Translations under genes and position numbers: made by a program
Notes under the pieces: model-generated
Database searches by the model: none
What the model was told of the DNA's origin: nothing
What the model saw: only the letters and a program-made list of their open reading frames with translations
From: Amoebidium appalachense
Lineage: Eukaryota; Protista; Ichthyosporea
NCBI GenBank assembly: GCA_963693365.1
Contig: CAVNZM010000016.1
Coordinates: 927,505 to 991,504 of the forward strand
DNA: 64,000 nt
Reading direction: 5' to 3'
Part shown: positions 34,953-46,521 of the stretch, piece after piece
Position numbering within the stretch: the stretch's first letter is position 1
Layout of the letters: every line of letters starts with the position of its first letter

Positions 34953-35850
34953 ATGAGCACGTTCCAGAAGATCGTCCGTGAGGTGAGGGTTTCTTTTTTA
35001 CACCGTGCCAAGGGTATGCAGAAACTTAAAGATACGGTCATTCGGTTGCATAGGCCGCTGTAAACCCTACCTAGATTTTACGTTTTGTGTTTTGTCAGTC
35101 ATCTCCCTTGCATGTACACGGTTGCCCCCCCTTCCCCCCTTTAATTTTTTGGTGTGTTTTGTTCACTTTGGAGGAAGTGTTGTGATGGAAGCGAATGGGT
35201 CCGTCATTCAGAAAGCCAATAGTGTGACACACCCGTTGACTGCAGGAGAACAACGCCTTGGCAGAGCGCATTGCCGAGATGGTCCAGGCTGCCGTTCAGA
35301 CTGCTCTCTCAGCTCAGCTGCAGCAAGCTCCAGCTCCAGCACCAAAGATCCCTGCTAATGGCAAGACAAAGATCGAACTTCCTACGGTGAGTGGCTGGAT
35401 GAGTCCTTTTATCATTGTACCAGTCTCTGAGCTATAAATACAAGAGGGGTTACTGTCCCCCCCCCCCCCCCCCCACTTTTGAATGGAAATTCCTACTTTT
35501 ATGACATGTTAAAAAATAGCCGTTCTGCTGCTGCTGTGCTCTATGGTCGCTGCTCCTCCGTGTTTGGGGTGCCTTGTGAATGGTAGCTATGCCATAAGTA
35601 AAAGCTTTGGCGTGCCTTCGATAGTGATGGAGACCGGTGAGCTTTGGTGTGTCTTTGAGTAGCCTGTTTTTCCGCGCTTTCCCTCTTTTAAAAACAGAGA
35701 GCTAACGCATCTATTTCTCAGGGCACCGTTAGCAACGCCGTAAGAGCGCATCTTCAGGACATGGATCAGAATGTTCTCGACTTCACCTGGGGCAAGATGG
35801 ACAAGGCAGGCAAGGGTGTGTTTGTCGCTGCTGTGCGCAAGGGGCACATG
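34953..35850 (+). CDS. Spliced host-type gene fragment (exons 34953-34982, 35246-35386, 35722-~35850)
   Basis: GAG|GTGAGG, TGCAG|, ACG|GTGAGT and GCTAAC...TCAG| all join in phase 0. TATAAAAAG at 34800. 3' end unresolved. Confidence 0.55.
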
Positions 35851-36054
35851 TGTTATACGTGTTTCTTAACACGGGTTTGGGATTGTGGTGCTGGTGTATC
35901 TGTATCATACAGTGGTGCTAGTGTGTATTTATTGAAGTGCATACGTGCACAGTTGTACGGGTCTCTTCCGTGAATAAAACAAAAACGAAGTATGAAGTGT
36001 CTATCTAAAGTGAGCAGAACCCAGACGATGGGTGGGTGGGTGAAAAGCGGTCCG

Positions 36055-36089
<35 letters not shown>

Positions 36090-36637
36090 CGGGTCACCCC
36101 CACTCCTGCACTTGCACTTGCACGTTGGTTCCTCCATTACTTTCACCGGCCACTGTGCAGTGAAGGGTGTGTTTTATTGCGTTGCTGTCGGTGTAGCCGC
36201 TGCCGGTGATTACACACTTGAATGGACGTTACTTACACGTGGCTTGCTGCAGTGATTGCTTGTTACTTACAACGTTGCTCACCCATTGGATATGTATATT
36301 GTGGGTGTACAATCAACGTGTTGCTTAACAATCAAATGCGTTGCTTACACATTACCTTGCCCCGTTGATACAACGTTTACTGCGCTACTTGCACGTTTGA
36401 TTACACGTATTGTCATCAACAGTGATTGCACCGTTGGTTACACGTTGCTGGGTCGCTGGCCAAACCAACGGCATTGCTCACACCGTTGTACAGTCCGTTG
36501 ATTGTACCAGTGCCCTAAGGGAAGAAGCAACGGTCGAATCAAATGAGAAAGTAACGGTTGCTTACACCACCATGTATACCTGTGAATGTACCAGCCTTTT
36601 ACAGGCGCGCCTCAGTTATATCAACCCCATGGTATAT

Positions 36638-38031
36638 ATATATTGCTTAGCCCCTTTTTGTTTAACCTATTTATAGATGATTTGGCTGTCAAGATTTACG
36701 CCGAAAACGATGACCCTATTAATAACTTTCCGCCTGCACTTCTCTATGCTGATGATCTGTCCCTCCTTGCCCGTACCCCTAGACGCCTGCAAAGATTGTT
36801 CGATGTAGTGTCAGAGTGGTGCAAGGCAAACCTTATGATCCTTAACATAGACAAATGTGGTGTTCTTGTACCTGATATAGCTAACAATTTACACACATTT
36901 ACATTATCATCTAAACCTGTACCTATAGTTCCAGAATACAAATATCTTGGTGTTCCGGTTGATTCTGTTGGTGTTATGTTTCCCCATATGGTCGAAAAGA
37001 GGGTAGAGTTGGCTCGTAAGCGGTTAGCTTTCTTCTCGGCTAATATTTTTAAAGACACACCCCTCCATCCTTCTATTAGACTTACATTTATTCGCACTTT
37101 TGTCTTCCCGGCATGTGAATATGGTTTACCCCTTCTCGCCGCTTGGATCAAGAAAGAGAGAACTAGAGCGCTTAAACCCCTGGCAAATTTCCTTGAAGCA
37201 GAAGTTGCCTCCTTTCTATCTAACAACTGTTGTAAACCTGGGCCTGTAACGCTCTCGATATATGGTCTGGTCCCAATAGCTGCTAGAGTATCCTATCTCG
37301 CGCTGAAATTCAATAAGCACATAAGCCGCTTAAAGAAGTATTTGCCCTCCCACCCTCTCTTCTCTATCCGACCTGTCCCCTCCTCACCTCTCCCCCCTCT
37401 TTCCTCCCCTCTCTCTCCCCTTCTCCCCTGGGCACAAATACAAATAAACCCCGCAATAGTGTGTGTGTGACTTTGGACTGCCACTTACTTATTAAACATG
37501 TACACAATCACAAGATAATCACGCAATATAACAAATGGAAAAAGATACCACACGACACTAGACCCGATGAAAGCATACACCTTGAAAAACTAAGCCTTAT
37601 GTCTCGTTTTATATATACTGACCGCCTCAACCATATTGCCAAATATGGCACTCGCAAGTGTATAACACCTAAATACATATTACCTTCCTGTAGAACTGGT
37701 CTTTCTCTAGCTGATGGTATTATTGATCAATTACCACGCTTTTACTGTACACGTGCTATACAGTGGAGATCTAATAAGTATAAGGTGGCATCATTTGCAT
37801 GCCCAAACAACACACACACACACCAGTTTAACCGGTCATGTATCGCCAAATGTAGTTTGATAGACCACATAATACCGCAACACACACACGTCACATTCAC
37901 AACAGACACCCAGAAAGATAGCCTACCTGTAAATTACAACATCCTTGATTTTATACTAAACACACGTAACTACGACCTGTTTATTAGATGTACTGATTGG
38001 CTTGAGAAACACATCACTACAAAATTATAGC

Positions 38032-38106
<75 letters not shown>

Positions 38107-38138
38107 CCAGCTGATACCGAGTGTCCCGAGGGAAGCCC

Positions 38139-38169
<31 letters not shown>

Positions 38170-38366
38170 CACGGGGAACCCCAACTAATTGATTTCTCCT
38201 TGTAGTCTTTATGGTGTCTCGTAGAGAAAGTAAACCCTGATATATAGTCACCACCCGACATCTATGTACGTGATCATGATATACCGCTGAGGGGATATTC
38301 CGAGCAAAACCCCCCCCCATACCTGAGACTGGTTCTCTTTGCCTCGAGTAAACAGCGTAAACCCCC
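36638..38366 (+). mobile_element. 5'-truncated non-LTR retrotransposon (LINE) nested in the pogo-like element
   Basis: RT motifs LSPFLFNLFIDDL, LYADDL, NIDKC and YKYLGV; C-terminal Cys/His region; (CA)n and poly(A). Flanked by (CCCC)ATGGTATAT at 36625-36637 and 38363-38375. Confidence 0.9.
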
Positions 38367-38392
38367 ATGGTATATCAACCCTTGATTGTAGC

Positions 38393-38432
<40 letters not shown>

Positions 38433-38699
38433 CCCGCCCGCCCGCCCGCCCGCCCGCCCCTGGCCGGCGCCGTGGTTTTTTTTTTTTTTTTTTTTTTTCC
38501 CCTAAGTCTGGCTGCACATGCCAATGGGTGCGGGCTGGACCAATCAGATGCTACATAGATTTAAGTCTCGTATCAGAAGGTGGGTGCTTCTGGCACACAA
38601 AACTCCGGGCTGACTCCGACCACACTTGGCTGCACTTTTTTGCACCGTACGCATTTACAGTTTTTACACACACACCAGCTCATTGTGCTATCAAGCCAA

Positions 38700-38912
38700 A
38701 TGGCCAAAAATAAGAAAACCACCAAGAAAAGCGGGCATGTGCCTGGTAGGGGTATCAAAAAAAGCACCAAGGTCAAACTGTTCAGTGCGACCATGAAGTC
38801 CAAAATCTCCACCAGCACCCGCACAAACGATGGGGTGCCTATCATCGCAAAGGCACCGCGCAAGAAGAAGCAGACCGTGTCTATGAACACGAAGGCAAAG
38901 ATCATTGAGTAA
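38700..38912 (+). pseudogene. Truncated pogo-type transposase N-terminus
   Basis: Ends in RKKKQTVSMNTKAKIIE, resembling the start of a CENP-B/psq HTH; lies inside the TIRs. Confidence 0.5.
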
Positions 38913-39287
38913 CAAGAATTACACGAAGAAAAGGTGACTGAGCTGCCGGGCACGGTGTAGGTGCAAACGGGGCGGTGTAGCCTATTGAAATGGCAAGATC
39001 TGGAGCCCATGTAATATAATAGTTCGCAGATCGCACGATTAAGGCTCAGATCGCCCGATTAGCCCCAGATCACCCGATCAGGCGTTCTCTCGGTTATATC
39101 AACCCTTGATTGTAGCAACCCTAGGGCCGCCGGCGAAGGGTTGATATAACTGAGGCGCGACTGTATAGTCCCTTGGTTTCCGCCGGTCCGGAGAGCACTG
39201 CTCGCGTACTTTTGTAAGGCGACAGCCAATAGGCATGTGGCCCTACTTAAAATAAAATACATGACATATACATGAGTACATGAGCTT

Positions 39288-39483
39288 GGGGGTTTACGCT
39301 GTTTACTCGAGGCAAAGAGAACCAGTCTCAGGTATGGGGGGGGGGGTTTTGCTCGGAATATCCCCTCAGCGGTATATCATGATCACGTACATAGATGTCG
39401 GGTGGTGACTATATATCAGGGTTTACTTTCTCTACGAGACACCATAAAGACTACAAGGAGAAATCAATTAGTTGGGGTTCCCC

Positions 39484-39520
<37 letters not shown>
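39288..39520 (-). mobile_element. Solo copy of the LINE 3' end (poly(A) plus ~195 bp) with its own TSD
   Basis: Reverse complement of about 38143-38366. TACATGAGCTT flanks it at 39277-39287 and 39521-39531. Confidence 0.85.
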
Positions 39521-39524
<4 letters not shown>

Positions 39525-41939
39525 TGAGCTTCTCCTGGGTGATCATAATCTAGCTTCAAGTTATACTACAGTGCTACATGTGTATGTCTAGTGCCCAATA
39601 AAGTGTCTACGGCACACAGTGTGTGCCGTACACCTAAGATACATGCTGGCAAAGTGTTCACGTTCTTTGCATCGCTCTTAACTGCATACTTAAGGTGCAG
39701 AGCGACTGCCCTAATAAGGAATACAGCTAAAAGTGATGCAGCCGATTGGTAGCTGCTTCCGAGGCTCTATTCCAGCCTCTGGTGAGAAGACACAAAGGCA
39801 CGTAGACTGGTTGTGGGGGAACAGCACGGTGTGCACGTGAATGTAGACAACCATGTCTACAACACACAGACACGACACGTGCCATACACACACACACACA
39901 GACACACACAGACACACAAACACACACACACCGGCCGTGGCCTCTGTAGCAGAGGGGTGCTACATCATCCTACATGTACAAAGAACAGAGAACTGGAAAT
40001 AGAATTTTCGAGACGCGTCGACGACCTGGCACCGCAAAACCGACGCCGTCATGACATGATGACGGGCCACATGCACAAGGTCTGAAAGTACATACTCATT
40101 GTTAGATCTAGCAGAGGCACAGGTGCAGGTGCGTCCAGTCGTCGGAGCTCCAGAACATGCTTTGCCATACTGAAGACCCTCTAAATATAAAGCGATGAAT
40201 TTAAATGGATGAATGTTAAAGGGAAAGGGGCGGAAAAAAAAAGGGGGGGATTCTTGCCCGCATGAGCATCTTAGCTATGAGCATCTCAATAGTTTCACAC
40301 CCTGAAAGACAGGAACGTTGGGCCAATAAAACGTATTGCGCTTACATAGCCATTCCGCTTTACGTATGGAGTCAAAAGAACGCAGATTGCATTCCACAGC
40401 TTCTGGCGAGACGGTGTTTTGCCACAACTGAACAGTAACCACTCAATAAATACTCGAAAATAGTAGTAATGCTAACATACACATGATCTGTTTAGCTTTT
40501 TCTTGCGTATTTTTAGCTTTTTAAGTATTGAATAAAAAGTAAATTCTTTAGTTGAGTGTAATAAAAAGTACCAGAAAACAAGCGTCAACAAGGAACCCAA
40601 GCGGGCAAGATCTCTGTAGGAATGTTTCCTACATACCCGACGGTGTACAATTCGATTCCGAGCCCACATGATGACTCTGAGAGAGTCACTATCGAACATG
40701 ATAGCGTAATTATGGTAGTGGGTGAGTAGGAGAGAACCATCATAGTAGTACTGTATTTTATGTGTGTAATAAGTGTAATTTAACAGTCGTATTACTCTGC
40801 AGTACTGGTTCGTTTTGCAGCTTATCATATAGAGAAAACTGTAGCATATAGAGGGGTATGATTACTGAGACCAAACATTTCGATCCAGCCACCCGGGTTG
40901 GTGACCTACCGTAACACTGTAGTACCTCACCCATTGATGTTGAGAATGGCAGCATTAAACTCCCCACTGGAGAACCACACCCACCTGTAGCACTAATAGC
41001 TATTCAGGGCGTGGCGCCGTTGTGCTTGCTTCAATGCACACACAGAGTGCAAGCTCATGAATATCACAGGCTCGAAAAAAAAACGAAAACACACGTCATA
41101 ATGGAGTCTCAGAGACACAGTCACTTCCACACCATGGCCTCCTCCTCCCTCTTTCCTGTTTTCGATATGATTCCAAGGCATTGCTTTTTCTTTTTCTCTG
41201 TCTTCTTCTGTTTCCTAACCCTACTACCGCTGCTGTAATACAGTCCTCCACAGACTCATTCTACACTGCATCGTGCATGGAACCTGCACACAATTTTTCT
41301 TTTCGTATTTCGAATGCAAACAAAAAAGCACCAAACGCAGCAATGGCACGTGTGTTATGGCTGGACACAAACGCAAACAGTATTGGGTATTGTATGGAGA
41401 CAACGACATACTTGGGGTCACATTTATACAACTGCGACAAAGTCATCAATGGCACGGAAGCAGGAATTACTGGTGATTACGATAGCAATGCGGGGATTTT
41501 GAGAATTACGGGAAGTGTTTTCCGGTTAAGAGGGGCTCGACATCAAGCGCCTGCACACAGTACATGACACAAAACGGGCCGTGCAAAGTAGACATATCGT
41601 TTCCTGTGATGTTTCGTTCTGGAGGGTTTAAGCTGGAATCTACGGGAAACAATGCATCTTCACTTGGTAGCGGATCTATAATGTAAGTACAAAACGGTTG
41701 TTGCTTGCACCCATCTTTAACCCCCTCCCCGCCCTCCCTCCCCCTCTCCCCCCTTCTTCTCCCTCCCCTCTTCCCTCCCTCCTTCCCCACCGCCGTCGTT
41801 CATCCCCTCCCCTCCATTCGCCAACCCCTCTGGAAGAGGGTATTCGCATCACGATCTTATGAAGAAGAATCCTTCCTTACTTGCATCAATGTTGAACCGG
41901 ACACCAGTGTGGCTGTTAATGCAAACAGTGTGCTAGTGA

Positions 41940-42947
41940 TTGCGTCTGAAAGCAAAGAGCGCAAGAATCAGATTTCGCCGCGTTCCGACGTACAACCCCG
42001 GCGACAAGATGTGCGCACCGTCGGCATCGAGGAAAAATCAGGACTGGAAGTGGGACGACTACCAGAAGTACTGGAACCCGGACTACTGGCTGTGCGCGCC
42101 GCACCGCCACCTCGTGTCCCTGCAGCAGTCCAAGCTGCGAGTCCAGTACCGCGGCGAGCTGGCCAAGGGAAACGACCACACCATGCGGCCCGTGAGCCTC
42201 CTGCGCACGCACGACCGCTACCTGCTGTACAAGTTTGACTACAAGCGCGAGCAGAACTGGGACACCGCTAGGCCGCTGCGGCTGCGCGACCTCCTCGAGT
42301 TTTCGCGCGTGCGGGACGATTCGGTGGTTCCGCTGCACGACCAGGCTCGCATGGAGAAGAACTACCTGTTCCCCGCCACACAAGACAGCGCTGTGAATGC
42401 ATATGCCGAATTCTTCTTCAAGACCGAGGCCGGGGTCAATGATCCCACGTGCGGGTGCTTTACGCCGCTCCCGGCGGGAATGGACCACGCCACGCTGAAG
42501 AAGAAGTTCGGCTAGAGCGTGCAGTGCCACCACGCCGTGTGCAAGGTACAGGGCTACAAGACGCGCGACATGGAGAACGAGGAGTGCACGGCGCTCAACG
42601 TGCAGATCTGCAACCAGGCCATGGAGGTCACGGAGAACACTGACGCCAAGATCCAGGCCACGCAGGTACAGCAGTGCCTCATGCAGATCGGCAAGGAGGA
42701 GTCGGGTGCCACCACCACCAACACCAACCCCGACAACAAGCCCTTAGAGCCCGGGGCTCCGGCCGTACCCGGTGTGCCTGGTGTGGCTGGAAAGGACTCG
42801 CAGAACCCGCCTGCGCCGCCTGTGCCGACACAGCCTGCCCCAACACCACTGGGGTCGGCAAGCGCCTGGGCGCACGTGAACGCCGCGGCGTACTGGGGCC
42901 TGGTGATCGCGGTGGCGCTCGTGCTGCTGCTGCTGGGAGCTGGTTGA
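41940..42947 (+). pseudogene. L1/F9-like Cys-rich virion membrane protein with an in-frame TAG at 42513-42515; 5' end uncertain
   Basis: DPTCGCF...*SVQCHHAVC...EEC...QICNQ is one frame; Pro-rich linker and C-terminal TM. Confidence 0.6.
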
Positions 42948-42972
42948 TCCAATAAAATGGTGAGACTCACTA

Positions 42973-45600
42973 ATGGCCACGCGGGGTTCAGACAGCGACG
43001 GGCGGCGTGCGTCGCGCACGCCCGGCATGCCCCCGTACTCCGGGTCCCGGGCCAAGATCTACGCCGAGATGAAGGCCTTTGTGGAAGGGGGAGAGCAGGC
43101 AAATGCGCAGAGACAGCAGAACAAGCAGGGCGTGGGGGGTGCAGTTCGGCAGGCGCAGACGCGGACCGTGAGGGAGGGTTCCACGTCGGGCAGCCGTGAG
43201 CATGGGGCAGACGGGGGTAACGTGCAGGCGGGGATGGGTGGATACAGCCGAGATGCGAGCGGTAGAGTGGAGGACGAGTATGTGCTCCTGAGCAATTCAA
43301 TGGCCGCACCCGATTCCAAGGTGACCACACAGCTTGCACAGCGCGTGCACGGCGTTCGGGGGGTGCAAGTAGAGTCAGTGACCGTGCACGGGAGCACGGA
43401 GGAGGGTTTTGTTGTGACGGCGAAGAACAACACTGTCAGTTGTGTGGTGCGAGATGCACCCACACTTCTTACCAATCCCGATCCACCTTTTCGTGACATT
43501 ACTGTCAGCGTGAATATCCCCGAAGGTCGTTACACGGCTGCATATCTCATTGACACGATGATCAAACGTTTCAATTTTGGGATTCAGGCGACGTATCTGT
43601 CATCTAATCATATTCTGGAGAGTTTTGGTTTAAGACCACCAATTTACGACCGAACATCAACCATTGGGTTTCTCAATCATAACCTGAGCCCAACCGAGCT
43701 TGACCCTACAGACTCTACGTATCAAGATCTTCATATCAATGGGACGGCTGTTCCACGCATTATACAATGGAACAGATATCCAATCAGTCTTGTGCCCATG
43801 CAGAGTTGGCCTGTTTTGAAGACTCTTGATACATACAAGAAAAAGATAGAATTTATTCAACCACCGAGGCAAACACCGGATGGACCTTTAATCATACATG
43901 AAGGCTGGTTCGGCAATATGGGAATGGCTGGCTTCGGGTCAGGCGCACATATTAAACCGGATCTGCCGGCTGGTACACTAAGCGATAGGGCCTGTTTTTA
44001 TACACCAGAAGACTTCCAAGACACCAAAGACTGTGCGAGTTACACGAGACTTAGAGTTCACGCGACCACAACCTTCCCCTCAAGCCGCCCTCTGGAATCA
44101 ATGCCTATTGAGCTGCTTGAGTGGTTCCAAGCGGGTGGGCATGACCCGTATTCTTCACTAAAGCCACGAGAGGCTAATTCAATAGTCGTCATCGATGACC
44201 GCATGTTGGCCAGCAGGACAGTCGTTGCCAGAATACACAGGGGGCTTCTTTTTGCGCAACCTCTGTACGGCGAAACAGATCGGATCTCTGACATAAACTA
44301 TACAATTGAACACGTGCTTTTGGAGAGTATACTATATCGGTTCAATTGGAAATTTCGTGGCGGGAATGAAGTTTCCGAACGACAAACTATATACAGGGTT
44401 CAGCATGGTACAGACCAATACTACTACACTTCAAATGAGTTTGGATCGCTTGTTACTGTTGATGTGTCAAAATACACAGTCCACACATTCGAAGTCAGTT
44501 TATCACCATATAATCCACATGTCGATAACAGGATAGAACCATCCGAGGTCAAACACGACTATCTAATGCCTTTCTATTTAGAAGTGAAATCCCCATTGGA
44601 ACTTGCACATGTGTGCCGAGAAAAAAAGATCAGTTACCCAGAACCAATAGTCTATGATGCAAGGTTACAAAGCGAAATGGCGGAATACCCCTACGGCCCA
44701 GTCCCCATTATGAAGCCTTGGATGGACAACTACGGGCCAGAATATTTTGCGCTGATGTACATTCTCACAGAGGAAAACCCAGTGCCTAACACGCCTAATC
44801 CTAAGGACGCAGTGGTGGAAGATTTAAGGGCGGTATACATGAGAATCGGTCATCAACCCTTAGGTGACGACGATAAGTTGAATACCTACACTATATTCGT
44901 CCGCCCTAACTGGGAAAATGCCCTGCTCTGGACTGACGATTCGTTGCGTCTTCGCCACCTGTGTTATATGTCACCGGAGTATTTCAGAACACCAATCCGT
45001 GTAGAATTCACCGGCCCCCTCTGCCGTGCCCTTGGGATATCAGAGCCCACAAAAAAAGTTCTATCATGTCGTATCTATGAATCATTCAATGACGTCGACT
45101 TTGATATCCCTTTACCCCCGAAGATGGTTACGGCTAAAATGGATTGGGCGAGCATTAGGCGGAGCTACTTCGAAAACAGCGCCCTGGACAGGGTGGGCAT
45201 CTTGCAGTTTCGTCCGCCCAGAAGGTATTACTACACGGACGGCAGCGCCTTAATGGTTCCGTGTCCCCGGCCAGCCCCTGCGACCATGCTTTTCTATGTC
45301 AAGATCGACGACGTCTTCGGCAGGGGCGTCAGTTGGTGCCGGCCCGCCCTCCAGTCGGACCCATCCACTGCCGAAACCATGCCCACCGACCCCAACGACT
45401 ACGCCGGCCGCTCCCGCCCGGGCCTGACGTACGTGCTGGTGCGTGACGGCCACACGGTGCGCGCGGACCTCCTGAGCTCGCACGGGCAGATGTGGCTCAT
45501 GCACCGCACCGCGGCCACGTCCGTGTCAGTCGAGGTGCGTGATTTGGAAGACAACCTCGTGGTCGGTCGGTACACGGTGCTGTTGCGACTCGTCAAGTAG
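42973..45600 (+). CDS. Large minor capsid/penton-like protein with a ~550-aa insertion
   Basis: GVRGVQVESVTV, NNTVS, IPEGRYTAAYLIDTM and C-terminal TSVSVEVRDLEDNLV...VLLRLVK; same scaffold as 765..2124. Confidence 0.6.
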   Translation: MATRGSDSDGRRASRTPGMPPYSGSRAKIYAEMKAFVEGGEQANAQRQQNKQGVGGAVRQAQTRTVREGSTSGSREHGADGGNVQAGMGGYSRDASGRVEDEYVLLSNSMAAPDSKVTTQLAQRVHGVRGVQVESVTVHGSTEEGFVVTAKNNTVSCVVRDAPTLLTNPDPPFRDITVSVNIPEGRYTAAYLIDTMIKRFNFGIQATYLSSNHILESFGLRPPIYDRTSTIGFLNHNLSPTELDPTDSTYQDLHINGTAVPRIIQWNRYPISLVPMQSWPVLKTLDTYKKKIEFIQPPRQTPDGPLIIHEGWFGNMGMAGFGSGAHIKPDLPAGTLSDRACFYTPEDFQDTKDCASYTRLRVHATTTFPSSRPLESMPIELLEWFQAGGHDPYSSLKPREANSIVVIDDRMLASRTVVARIHRGLLFAQPLYGETDRISDINYTIEHVLLESILYRFNWKFRGGNEVSERQTIYRVQHGTDQYYYTSNEFGSLVTVDVSKYTVHTFEVSLSPYNPHVDNRIEPSEVKHDYLMPFYLEVKSPLELAHVCREKKISYPEPIVYDARLQSEMAEYPYGPVPIMKPWMDNYGPEYFALMYILTEENPVPNTPNPKDAVVEDLRAVYMRIGHQPLGDDDKLNTYTIFVRPNWENALLWTDDSLRLRHLCYMSPEYFRTPIRVEFTGPLCRALGISEPTKKVLSCRIYESFNDVDFDIPLPPKMVTAKMDWASIRRSYFENSALDRVGILQFRPPRRYYYTDGSALMVPCPRPAPATMLFYVKIDDVFGRGVSWCRPALQSDPSTAETMPTDPNDYAGRSRPGLTYVLVRDGHTVRADLLSSHGQMWLMHRTAATSVSVEVRDLEDNLVVGRYTVLLRLVK

Positions 45601-45645
45601 GCGGGCGTTGTGAACCAAAATAGCTCCCACGGCGCGACGCAGCAT

Positions 45646-45906
45646 ATGTTTTTGCGCCTTCTGCAAATGTTACCGGAAAGCACGGGCATCACAGACCACC
45701 ACGTCAAGGCCATGATCGGCCAGGACCTCTACAAGCGCTTCCCCTCGGCGGACCCCGAGTGGATCAAGCGCGTCACCGACTACAACATGAAGTACGTCAT
45801 GTGCTCGTACGCCGGCCAGTGCAAGGGCCTGGTTCCCGGGCGCAAGAAGAGCAAGCGGGGCTGCTGCCGCAAGCGGCGGTGCTGGAAGAGCTTCAAGAAG
45901 CCCTAA
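45646..45906 (+). CDS. Small basic hypothetical protein
   Basis: GC3-rich ORF with a K/R-rich C-terminus. Confidence 0.55.
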   Translation: MFLRLLQMLPESTGITDHHVKAMIGQDLYKRFPSADPEWIKRVTDYNMKYVMCSYAGQCKGLVPGRKKSKRGCCRKRRCWKSFKKP

Positions 45907-45953
45907 AAAGGCGCGGCCGTTGAGCGGCCAACGCTACATTGTGGGCCCCCAGT

Positions 45954-46463
45954 ATGCATCAACGAAAACGCAAAGCGAGAGGGCGCGGGTGCGCTTGCCG
46001 GGCACGACGGCTCGAGACGTGCGTGCGGCGGACGTCGACGCGACACAGCAAGGTGCCGGTGTTCCTGATCCCCGAGTGCTCGAAGACGCACATGGTGACG
46101 GTGCGCGTGGCGGGGCAGAAGAAGACGTTCAAGCTGGTGTACGACGTGGGGTCGGAGAACAGCTACGTGGACCTGGAGGTGGCCAACGGCTGGGGCCTGA
46201 TGGACGGGCGCAAGCCGCTGGTGCCGTACACGGAGTCCAACACCATCGACTCGAACGGCAACATCCACAAGAGTGTGCGGCTGACCAAGGTCACGCTCGA
46301 GATCCTGTGCCCCGACAACCAGTGGCGGCCGTGCGAGGGCGCGCTCGAGGTGTGCCTTGACCGCAAGGTCAACAAGCACGGGCGGCTGTTTGGGGTCAGC
46401 CACCTGCGGACGCTGCGGGACAGCGTGCGGTACGTGGTCGACTACCAGGTGTGCCGGCGCTGA
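45954..46463 (+). CDS. Retropepsin-like aspartic protease fold
   Basis: MVTVRVAG..FKLVYDVGSENSYVD...LFGVSHL parallels D(T/S)GA...LLG.DFL. Confidence 0.55.
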   Translation: MHQRKRKARGRGCACRARRLETCVRRTSTRHSKVPVFLIPECSKTHMVTVRVAGQKKTFKLVYDVGSENSYVDLEVANGWGLMDGRKPLVPYTESNTIDSNGNIHKSVRLTKVTLEILCPDNQWRPCEGALEVCLDRKVNKHGRLFGVSHLRTLRDSVRYVVDYQVCRR

Positions 46464-46521
46464 GCGCACAGGCAATAAACAGCGCCAACCCGTGGCGGTG
46501 GCATTAATGTAGCCCTTCTTA

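Larger units (their letters stand above)
36602..39163 (+). mobile_element. Non-autonomous pogo/Tigger-like DNA transposon (Tc1/mariner superfamily)
   Basis: 26-bp TIRs CAG(G/T)CGCGCCTCAGTTATATCAACCC at 36602-36627 and 39138-39163 (25/26 match), TA on both sides, and a transposase N-terminal remnant. Confidence 0.8.

Noticed and set aside
38105-38366. Hammerhead ribozyme or tRNA-derived SINE in the LINE tail
   Set aside because: No CTGANGA...GAAA core with closing stems and no convincing A/B boxes were found by eye.
41181-41567. Possible secreted protein
   Set aside because: Non-ATG start in a T-rich tract and no motif; cannot be supported without transcript data.
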